This document shows, in pieces, positions 1 through 9,930 of a stretch of 64,000 bases of DNA. The stretch comes from Gonapodya sp. JEL0774. Its lineage: Eukaryota. The notes under the pieces were generated by a model. That model ran no database searches. It was given only the letters and a program-made list of their open reading frames with translations, and was not told the origin of the DNA. A program made the position numbers and the translations under genes. Position 1 is the stretch's first letter. Each line of letters begins with the position of its first letter. The stretch covers positions 1 through 64,000 of the forward strand of contig JADIIX010000020.1 in NCBI GenBank assembly GCA_027604505.1, in the 5' to 3' direction.

Positions 1-456
1 GAGCATACCTGTGGCAACCACGTCAGATCCGCGCTGCGACGTGAGAGTGGTGCGGGGTAGGAGAAAAGAAGGGGGGGCCGGGGTGTGGGTGATGCGTGCA
101 GGGGCCTCGAACCGCAGCGGCACATGAGCCGGGCAAAAACCTATACAGGTTTTCGCCCCCAGAAAAACCCACCGACAAATGAGCGAACAAATTAACAAAT
201 TGATGGCAATCCCCGAGCTTCGAGACAATGGGAAAAAAACATTGTTCGAGCATTCTAATTCCAGCGATATTGGGCCATGCTCCCGCCTCCCCAAGCAAAG
301 AGAAGCAAGTAATAGTGGCAGAATTACATCAGTTTGCGATACTTGATTGTTCTGCGCCAGCAAATCTCTTCAAAAATTGCAAATTAAAACATCTCAGATT
401 TGATAAAACGTTTGGTTCAAACGCTGAGGTGGTGCAAAATCGCAACTCTTCACTTC

Positions 457-2617
457 ATGGACTCGTTCCTCAACAACTCCGCCGTCAAAGCTCTTCTGCC
501 TGTGCCCAAGGATGGTATGTATTGGTTCCGACTTGGGTCCCATTGGCAGTGCGTGTTCTGCTTGCTCAGCTTGATTTCCATATCTTTCAATCTAGTCGGC
601 GGCGAGGCAAAACGGGCGGCCAAATATCTCGCAAAAGGTCAGCTTAGCGCAAATGGTGGACTGGATCAAAGCCTGGTGGCCAGGTTGTAGTGTCTGCATG
701 GAGCGCTGAACAAATCTTGCTTAATTTGCAGTCGCTCAAGTCGGCGAATGGTCAGGCGTCGCTAATAAAGTCTCGGACAAGATTGCCATCCCACCGTCCA
801 TCATCAACAATGCTAAAGGCTTGGCTATATTTAAAGTCTTAAAGGTGAGCCGATTTGGTTGCTGGACTAAAGCGTCGTAGATGGTTCCTCATCGGTGGGA
901 ACATCAAATGTGTCTGAATCTCAGCATAAGAGCGCTTTTGTTCTGAGATTGTGTTCGTGCTCGTTGGGACCTTGATTGGTACCGATTCGGCGGAGAATGG
1001 AGCACATGGAGCCCAACCAGACACAAAATCGATGCTTTAGGGCCTAACGAAAACTTATGTGAAAGGGAAAAATGAAATCTTGAAGGCTTTAGTGCCCAGG
1101 TCGTGGAGTTCGTGCCGGGAGCTTTTATTTACACAGATGAGAGATGTAGTTTCTTCGGCTGTAAAGCTCACACAATTAACTAATCCCCTCAGGGTGGCTT
1201 CATTTGGTCTGGACGCATAGGATCGGGACTGGCTGTAGCTCGGCTGCCCGACGGGAGCTGGTCGGTGAGTTCGTGTCTTCCCACAGTTTAGCTCACTGTG
1301 TTTAACTCATACTTGAATTGCCATCAATCACCGCGGCTCGTGGTGACTTTCGTATGTACCGGACAACAAGGCCCCGGCGGTATTCGGGATGTTTGGTGTG
1401 GGCGTTGGAGGTCAAATTGGTGCACAGCAAACTTACCTCGTACTAGTGCTGAATACTGACGCGGGTATCGCCGCTTTCTCGAGTCCTGGGAACGTTACAC
1501 TGGGAGCGGATATTGGAGGCGAGTACAAGGAAGTTTATTTTGGACTTTGAAGCAATGCTTGACCCTATGATTTCCTGCCTGTTCGGTTCCAATAGTCTCC
1601 GCAGGTCCAATCGGTCGAGAAGGCTCGGTCTCTGGCGCCGTCGTGGGACTTGCTCCCATCTATTCGTACTCTAAAACGCAGGGCCTCTACGCCGGTGTGT
1701 CCCTGGAAGGCACCGTAATTTTCGAGCGAAAGGAAGCCAATTCCAAATTCTACGGACACAAGGTCACCGGTGGAGATATTCTTCGCGGAAAAGTACAGCA
1801 GCCCCTCGAAGCAAAGCCTCTCTACAATGCTATTGCTGCCATCACCCGAGGAGATTTGTCGGATATCATGGGGCTTGAGGGCCGCCAACCTGGCTCTCGG
1901 AGGGACGACGATTCAGACGATGAGCCCAGTTCCCCTGTCAGACCCCCGGGTGGATACCTCGACGGAGGTAGCACTTCTTCTTCTACCACTAACTCCTCCG
2001 CACCCACGGTTGGTCGCTCCCCTGTCAGTCTCAACCGCTCCGCATCCACCTCGGCGGCACCCCGCGTGGCACCACCTTCGTATAGTACAGTGAACACTAG
2101 TGGTGCTTATGCTGCCGAAGATCGGGACAAGAAGACGCCAGCGTACTCCTCTATTGCAGCGGCTGCAGCGGCCCGAGGTGGGGGGTCCAGTTTGAGCGCT
2201 GGCGGGTCGAACATTCAAAGAAGTCAAAGTGACCGGAAACCTGGACCACCGCCACCCCCCCGAAAACCTGAAAATCTGCGCTCAAAGGATACTGTCACGG
2301 CGGTTTGTGAGTAGAGGAAAATATTGTCTGCTGGATGTAGTGTGTCCCGATATATCAATCGGGTGTCTTGTATTATCACCAGATCCGTTCGAGGCACTTC
2401 AACCGGGTGATTTGGATCTTGTTCCCGGTCAGATATATGAGGTGATAGAGAGGACGCCGTCAGCTGACGGATGGTGGAAGGGGAAAGATCCCAAGACTGG
2501 CAAGGAAGGAATTTTCCCCGGTAAGTTTGTGCCAGTGATAGAGACCTCAAAGTCTTAGTCCCCAAGATATGCGTTATCCTCCTTCATGCAGGCAATTATG
2601 TGAAAGACAACAAATGA
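457..2617 (+). CDS. YSC84: Ysc84/Lsb3/SH3YL1 family protein (SYLF domain plus C-terminal SH3), multi-exon
   Basis: Spliced translation gives IPPSIINNAKGLAIFKVLK-GGFIWSGRIGSGLAVARLPDGSWS, then YSYSKTQGLYAGVSLEGTVIFERKEANSKFYG (SYLF) and an SH3 (GDLDL...GWWKG...EGIFPGNYV). ATG at 457, TGA at 2615-2617. Confidence 0.92.
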
Positions 2618-3254
2618 AGGTTGAGGTCTTGGACGGGAAGTTGCTGTGAACTCGCTTGAATATGAAATTTGTTTAGAAGTCTCGCATAAAATGCGTCAAT
2701 GTGTTTCTGTGTTTTGCATGAGCTACCCAAACATAATAACTGTGGTGGAAGTGTTGTGGTGGACTCAGCATTGGGATTCTGCCGGTGTTCTCCCAACCAA
2801 ACCTAAATCTGGAAAGTCGCGATACTTCTTCGCGCCTAACGTAACGCCACAATCATCTCCGGTACTCGAAGCGCGTTCCAAAAGGAGCCATACGCCGTGA
2901 GTTGCTCGTACTTCTACTTCTCTATGTGTCCGGGAAAGGTTCTGACATCCTGGTGGCTCGGACTTATTGGGGAATCTCTGACGCAATTTGGGGCATCCCT
3001 TTGTCGTGTTCCACCCAATTCTCAATCGTGACATTGTTCTTGGCGGGTTATAACGGGGATGTGGATATTGGTACCATTTTGCGCGGCATTTGGCGACAGT
3101 TGAATAGACCCACGCCCGATTGGACTCTGAAGGTATCCATCTCTGCCCACTCAACGTCAAGACACTCTACATATACAGCACATTAGTGTTGCAATTCTCT
3201 CCTGCTCCCTCGTTTCTCTCGCTCCAACTCTTCGTTTCCTCTGATATCATCACT

Positions 3255-3854
3255 ATGCCCAAGAAGTCGAAACACCCATCTGATCTTCCTTTGCACAAAA
3301 TCATTATGGTTGGCTCCGGTGGAGTAGGGAAGTCGGCTCTAACTCTGCAGTTCATGTACGGGGATTTCATCGAGGAGTACGACCCCACGAAAGCCGACTC
3401 CTACCGCAAAAAGGTTGTTCTGGACACACAGGAGTGTTTCATCGACATATTGGATACAGCGGGTCAAGAGGAGTACGCAGCTATTCGGGACAATTACTAC
3501 CGCTCGGGCGAGGGCTTCTTTGTGGTGTTCTCCATTACTGAGGCTGAATCCTTCAGCCACGCCCAAGAATTTCGGGACCAGATTTGCCGCGTCGTAAATG
3601 ATGAGACTGTTCCCTTTGTGCTTGTTGGGAACAAGTCGGATCTAGCGCATTTACGCAAGGTCACACCTCGAGATGGCGAGGCAAAGGCCAAGGAGTGGCA
3701 ATGCCCTTATATTGAGACGTCAGCCAAGACCAAAGAAAATGTGGACTTGGCCTATCAAACTCTGATGCGAAGTATCAGAGACAGAAAGGAGAAGGTTCAC
3801 GGGAAGAGCCATGGTGGGAAGAAGGAGAAGAAGAGCGGTTGCGAAATTATATGA
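3255..3854 (+). CDS. RAL: Ral-family small GTPase, single coding exon, 199 aa
   Basis: [23 protein letters not shown], Ral-type effector loop [35 protein letters not shown], polybasic tail and CAAX box CEII. Confidence 0.95.
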   Translation: MPKKSKHPSDLPLHKIIMVGSGGVGKSALTLQFMYGDFIEEYDPTKADSYRKKVVLDTQECFIDILDTAGQEEYAAIRDNYYRSGEGFFVVFSITEAESFSHAQEFRDQICRVVNDETVPFVLVGNKSDLAHLRKVTPRDGEAKAKEWQCPYIETSAKTKENVDLAYQTLMRSIRDRKEKVHGKSHGGKKEKKSGCEII

Positions 3855-4305
3855 GCGCTAAGCAGTAGAGAGAGTTGGTGGAAGTTGAGATTGGAGCGGC
3901 ATGGCTGTGGAACGTGGAATTGGGCTGTGAATGTGAGAATTTGGACACTTCACGGTAGCATACGCTGATAATACAGTTGTTTAGTGCAATCACTTTTTGT
4001 CTTGCTGGTTTACGAATGGTGTTCCATGCATCACAGTTATGACTTTGTACACGAACGTGCTTTCACTTGTGAATGGTTCAGGTTTGGTGACAGAATCTGA
4101 ATGTCAAAAGTGAGGAGGCCTGAATGAGTTTGAGTTCTTGCAGTTGCAAACATCCGCTGTGACATTCAGAATATAACCACACAAATGCAAATGAGCATAG
4201 TGGCCCCTTGTGTTATTGAACTGCATGGATACATGACGGAGTTTGTGTACTTATTGGAGCGGCTGCAAATTCACAGGCAACCGCCAAATATGTAACTGTC
4301 CATCA

Positions 4306-4336
4306 CCTTTGCACGCGCCTTTGCACACCTTTGCAC
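4306..4336. repeat. Three near-tandem copies of CCTTTGCAC downstream of tRNA copy 1
   Basis: CCTTTGCAC at 4306, 4318 and 4328. Confidence 0.7.
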
Positions 4337-4393
4337 GTGCAATCGCACAGGTGACCGCGACGCGACCGGTGTGATAAGAGAGGCAAAGGGCAC

Positions 4394-4398
4394 AAAAA
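4394..4398 (-). terminator. Pol III T-run terminator of tRNA-Tyr copy 1
   Basis: TTTTT on the minus strand 2 nt after the discriminator base. Confidence 0.7.
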
Positions 4399-4400
4399 GT

Positions 4401-4485
4401 TCCGGGTTGCCGGGATCGAACCAGCGACGTCCGCATGACAATTCACATTTACAGTGCGACGCTCTTCCAACTGAGCTAAACCCGC
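4401..4485 (-). tRNA. tRNA-Tyr(GTA) with 12-nt intron; G1:G72 mismatch
   Basis: Minus-strand cloverleaf: GCGGGTT TA GCTC AGTTGGAA GAGC G TCGCA CTGTAA[ATGTGAATTGTC]A TGCGG ACGTC GCTGG TTCGATC CCGGC AACCCGG A. Intron at the canonical 37/38 position. Confidence 0.93.
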
Positions 4486-4519
4486 CACGATGAAGTGTAA
4501 GTTCCAAGGAAAAAGCTAA

Positions 4520-7500
4520 TATAAACATACAACATAGCATTTTGCAAACCTCTTCACCTGCCTCTCTTAAGTGATGGGTTTAGAACATATTTAACTACAC
4601 AAAATACCCGCGGGGTCTTCAAGTGCGCAAAAGCGCAGGGATGACTGTTGATTTGAATGAAATCAGTCCACCAATCACCCAATAGGCATTATTTAGGTTA
4701 CAGTTTAGAAGCTCCAGTGGGATTATTGGAGGAGTTTGACCTGTAGAGAGGAGTGAATTTTGCATGTAGCACTACAACAGCGTTCATCAAGAGAGCAGGA
4801 TGTTCCACCATTCATTGTGGTGTGTGTCAGCTTGTGTGTCAATAGATGGACCGCAGCTGTGCCAGCTGCAGCAACACGCATAAACAGAGAGTGTGCACAC
4901 ATTTGCAGGCAGTTTTAACCGTCTACCTTATAGTCTAGCTCACAAATTCTATGCGTATCTTACAGTTTAGGGAGGTGAAGACTGCAAACCACACACTGTG
5001 ACATTGAAAACCACCAACTCCCAAGGTGTGACAGCTTGTGCCACACCTCTCATAATTGGTGGTACTTGGGAGTGGGTAGGTTTGTACAGAGAAGGTTCCA
5101 CAACAGAAGGCTCCTGTCAGAGGTTCCACCACCTCATTCACTCATCTTCACTGAGGCCTGAACATGGAAAGCAGCCTGGTTCCAATTGCTAAACAAGCTG
5201 CCACATTCCTCCAGAATCTCTCTTTGAGTGTCCATAATATCCTTTGCTGCTTCTTTATTTGGCTTCCATACATTGCTGTAGTCTGATGCAACATGGGAAT
5301 CGTCAATCGACAGATGTAACAAGCGATTTTCAGCATCTCTCACAAGAACAGACTTGCAAACAGACATCATACCTGCTCCCACAATGCCTATTTGATTTTC
5401 CACAATTTCCATTTTGACTTCATTTGACTGCAATCCGTTGAGCATGTCTGAAACCACTTGTGATTTGGCAGGTTGCTGATGATTCCCACCAGGCCTTGCT
5501 TGGAACCTCCTAGCAAGCACCAGCTGACCATCCAAGTGAAATTTTGGAAATTGTGTTCGCTCTTTGACAAAAAATTGTCAGCATCCCCACAGACTATTGA
5601 TCAGCCTTCACCTGGACATCTTACCAAGATCTTTCTCACACACATTACATCTGTAGAATTTCAAAGGTTCTACTGTGAAATAATATTTCAATCGTCTGAG
5701 CAACACCGGCCCCTTACCCCAAAAAATTGTTGCAGTGTCAGTTTGGATGTAGTTGTTCCATGCAACAATTCTTCAGCTTGTCCAACAATACTGATAACAA
5801 AAATCTGCTCTGTGAAGTTGTTCAAAATATTCTTAACTTTGTTTAATGTACTTCTTGTCACACTGTGCCATGTGAATGGGGCTAAACATTCCTTTGTATT
5901 ATCTGAATAGGGGATTGCAGTCTTTCAAAAGCATAGTGTGTGCATCTTACTACCCTCAGTGTGTGGCTCTTATATTGTTTACAGTTTGATTTCACAAGTA
6001 CAACTCTGTTGTTGTTCTCCATCACTTGGAATTAAGGCTGAGATGTGTCCAAAAATTGATCTGAGTGCTGTGCCACTAAATGAAACCACCCAATGTGGCC
6101 ATTCAAATGTGTGCAGGAGCAACAATTTGAATTACCATTGACATATAACATTACAGACTTGCCACAGCATTGGGGACTTAGGACAAGGTCCCAGGCACTG
6201 GATGAAGAACCCTCACTTTACTTGTTTCCCTCCTGGCAGCAACACTCAAGTTCAAACAGGCACCTAAATCAGGCAAGTAGGACCTCTCATATGCCTATTT
6301 TTTGAAGATATTTGGGGGGTAGGTGAGTGGATGGGAAAGGGTTGAACTTAGCCTCAAACAGCAACATTTTCTTGATCGTTCAATAGTTGTTCTCACTCAA
6401 AATCAATATGATTCTGCAGCAAGGCCCAGTTTTCACTGATACAATTTTGCGTGATGTGGGGATTTTTGACGCTCTGTCCTCACGTCATGTTGAATCAGCT
6501 CTATCTTTGTGTGATTCTGTCGCAAGGTGCCTGCTTTCTCCTAAAGGGTCCTTCCCGAAGATTATGCAAGGATGGGAATGCAGTTTTCTGAAACTAGGCT
6601 TGGGGGCCATCAATTGTGTACTCGGACAGACAAAATTCCTGTGGGTGACTTACTCCTGATTCCCCCCCATCATTAGATCTGCCAGGCACCACTGAATATT
6701 TCCTTGCCAAAGACAAGATGGAGTCAGTACAAATTTAGGAACTGCATTTTATATATGCAAAACTGGGCAAATAAATAGTCTTCAAGTGTCCTGCTGTTGC
6801 CTATTCTTGTGCTTGGCTTCTGTGCTAGCAATGGATCCACCTCCATCCAGCACCTTAAGGGCCACATCAACTAAGCACTCACTTTTTGGAGGTAGGTTTA
6901 CAGGTTACAGTTCCAAAGTAAAAATTCAGGTTAGCAGTGGAAAAACTAAGAACACCAATGACCTGACAATGATAATTCTCACAGTAACGCCCACATTTTA
7001 TAATAGCTTGCAAAAGGGAAACCCATCATTGGTGGACTTTGAAAGAATTGAACAAAAGAACAGTTGCCATTGTGCACTTTGAGAGCAAACTGTCACCAGG
7101 GCGACATAGAGCTTACCGCTAAGTCGGAAGTTAGATGGATGAGGTTTCAGGGTTTAGGGGTTGTGGCGTAGCAGCCACCAGATGATAGAGTAGGCACGGC
7201 GTAGATTCTTTTCTTAGGTTTGACAGATAGCATTGCGTCTCTAGGTAAGACAGCAGTGGGTTGTATTGGGTTCTTTATATTCACATGCGTCTCTAGCTAC
7301 CCTAGTGCAAGTGGTGACCTCAAGGCAGGTCACGCAAACAGAAACAAAACTGAATTTACATCTGAAAAATGTGCATTCATGCAGACAAGATTTATTCTAA
7401 ATACCGAACCAAGCTCTTTGGGTAGAAAACCTTGGAACTGCCACCGCTGTCACCTTTAGTGACATTTGAGTAGTTACTGCTAGGATGGTAGTTGGGTAGG

Positions 7501-9350
7501 GAGATTAGTCACGTGATCAGGGTTGTGTGGCACAGTGCACACAGGGGCATTCAGACACTGACGGTTTAGTTTCTCTTAGGTTTGATAGAGTCCACTCTGT
7601 CACAGGTGGGACGGAGGCTTGTCTGTATTTGCTTTGCTCGTATTCATTACATTTCCGTCACAGTCTTCTGTTCTATGCTCCGACTCTGGTAGTGACTCTT
7701 AGACAGGTCACAACGGCAATTGATAAATTTGAGAGCTTTCCTGCTCAATACTGTTGTGGTATGCTGCAGACCCAACGGTTTCGTCCTGAAACTCAATGTG
7801 TTGACTAAGCGGTTGCAGCTGAGCCGGCGGCACAACTAGGATCACTAGAAAAATCTAAAAACTACACTACATACATCTATCCAAGGAACGGGTGCTGCGA
7901 CCAGGGGTGACACGTGGGGGTGAACGGGGACAACTACTGTCATGCTCGTGGGGTCACATGACTCTGGCTAAACTCCCGCTTTTAGTCGTCGTCTCACAAC
8001 AATACTCTAAACTGGATTGGGGTTCAATTGGTCCTTATTGGTCTGAAGAGACTAGTGTCAGTGTTTGTACCAGAATCACAGCAGTTCTTCCGTAAGTGAT
8101 CAACATCTGTGGTGTTCCCACTCCTGTTTTCATACTCCACCTCAACAGTTTCATCCTCTGGCTCTTTAAAGCAGGGTGTCTGTGAGGTTTTGGAGCTGTT
8201 ATCATATCAGGGGTTCTATAAGATAACAAAGTTACATGGTGTCCAATTGTGGCAGATTATTTGGCTTTTAAAAGAAAGAAGAAGTTGGGACAGTGACAAG
8301 AAGAAAGGCAGCGTGGTAGCATTATTGGTCAAGATTAAAGGGAAGGAATCAATCCACAAAGGAACTCACCTGTCTTGTTGACTGGTTTTGTTCCATGTGA
8401 TGATGTGGTGGACTGGACAAAATCCCTGTGCAGTACACTCAATGGTCAAATGAACTTTAAAAAAGCAGGTTTAGAGGCAATTAATGGTTGCACTCTGGAG
8501 ATGGAGTCCATTTTCTCAATTTCTCCTCCCCTGTCTTCCTTGCACCTCTTTTTGTTGATGACCAATCTTTAACCACTGCAAGCCTTGTGTGTCTGCTGCA
8601 CTTAGCCTGTAGTAGGGGATGGCAAGGGCAAGGACATCGAGATTCAGATCAATTGGGCAAACAAGCGGAACATGTATCGCACATGTCACCAAAGACATTG
8701 CTTTTCTACAATGGGTTCATTTACCTGCTGATTGCTATGTTCTTGCCCCGACTCCTAAAGTACAGGTGCCTCTTGATCCAGGGACAATTGAGCAAGGCAG
8801 TCACCATGAGGAACATGAACTGTAGGGCAGAGAGGGATGATTGCACCATGGCTTTGGAGGAGTGTGTAAATGGAACTGGAAAGTGGATGAGGAAAAGGAG
8901 AACAAGTGGAAGCTGGCTGGTGGTGAAGTGAAGATCAGTGAGACATCAAGTCCAAGTGTAAAGAGGGAGTTTGATTGGGACAAGGACTTTCATGGGGGCC
9001 AACAATTGACTAAGAGGAGGAAAACTAGGAAGTAGAGTTTCAGGATATCTATTTGTCTGCCTGATGTGTACATATTGGCTTTGCCACCATTGAGACAAAA
9101 AAAATATGCATTTGGCTCCTCTGGTGTAGGGCAAAGAGGGTTGACTGTGATGCAGGGTCGGACCCTTTTGGATTTGCAGAACGGCATGGTGCTCTTAGGA
9201 GTACAAAGCAGTGTCAAATTTTGGCTGTGCATGTTATAGGGCTTAGCTACTAGATGTGTATGGCCAAACAAAGTGCTGAGCCTGGGATCTTGTAACTCTT
9301 AATTGACACCCACCAAAATGACAGACGTGGGCAAATCCAGTAATAAAAAG
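4520..9350. mobile_element. CpG-depleted island of degenerate transposon/repeat relics, possibly including a MULE-like transposase remnant on the minus strand (~5100-6250)
   Basis: No intact gene. No CpG at all in 5709-6376 or 8751-9158, while flanking genes are CpG-rich; TpG/CpA abundant. Broken minus-strand frames read C..C..C.W*FKLLLLHTFEWPHWVVSFSG and IFVISIVGQAEELLHG/NYIQTDT, only weakly reminiscent of MULE-type transposases. Confidence 0.6.
8619..9035 (+). pseudogene. Decayed ORF remnant inside the CpG-depleted island
   Basis: ORFs 8619-8825 and 8841-9035 share a frame and are split by TAG (8823) and TGA (8838), the stops expected from C>T decay of CAG and CGA. Ends in a basic TKRRKTRK tail. 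Confidence 0.35.
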
Positions 9351-9394
9351 CTAGCAATATATTGCATTTGAGCACCTGTTGTTCCATGTGGCGG

Positions 9395-9478
9395 TCGGGT
9401 TTAGCTCAGTTGGAAGAGCGTCGCACTGTAAACGTGATTGTCATGCGGACGTCGCTGGTTCGATCCCGGCAACCCGGA
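9395..9478 (+). tRNA. tRNA-Tyr(GTA) with 11-nt intron; T1:G72 at the top of the acceptor stem
   Basis: TCGGGTT TA GCTC AGTTGGAA GAGC G TCGCA CTGTAA[ACGTGATTGTC]A TGCGG ACGTC GCTGG TTCGATC CCGGC AACCCGG A; TTTT follows at 9484-9487. Confidence 0.93.
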
Positions 9479-9930
9479 ACTTGTTTTGAAGTTCCTTGCG
9501 TAACACGTCCCACCCGGATGTTCCTTTTTGAGAAAGTCTGTGAACTGAAATTTTGCTTTTCATTTTACTCGGAGTTTACTTGCACAGGTTTGACACCTGA
9601 AATCGTCTTTTCTGACTCACTCGGCGTCGCTCCCGGCTCCTTTGGGCTGTCTGTAGACGGCTATGTAGAAAAGCGAGGTACCTCGCTTTTCTACGTTTTT
9701 TAGAATGCCTGTATAGAAGAGATACCGGGTTCTGGTCTTCTATTCTGACATCAATGGTGACGACTCTCTTAAATACTAACAGACCCAGCGAAAGTGGGCG
9801 GAGGAACTTTGAGCACCCCTAATGTTATTTTGATTTTTGGTGAACTGGTCGCGGGGGCAGTTCGAATTTATTCCAGCTTTGAAATCCCCTTTTATCAGAC
9901 ACAACACGACTCCAGTTAACTCACAACATC

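Noticed and set aside
1..230. Possible first exons of a minus-strand gene leaving the window (CAG/CGCGGATCTGACGTGGTTGCCACAG/GTATGC)
   Set aside because: Too little sequence to define a frame or product.
4486..9394. Single transposon using the tRNAs as terminal inverted repeats
   Set aside because: Inverted similarity is essentially limited to the tRNA bodies; flanks do not align and no target-site duplication was seen.
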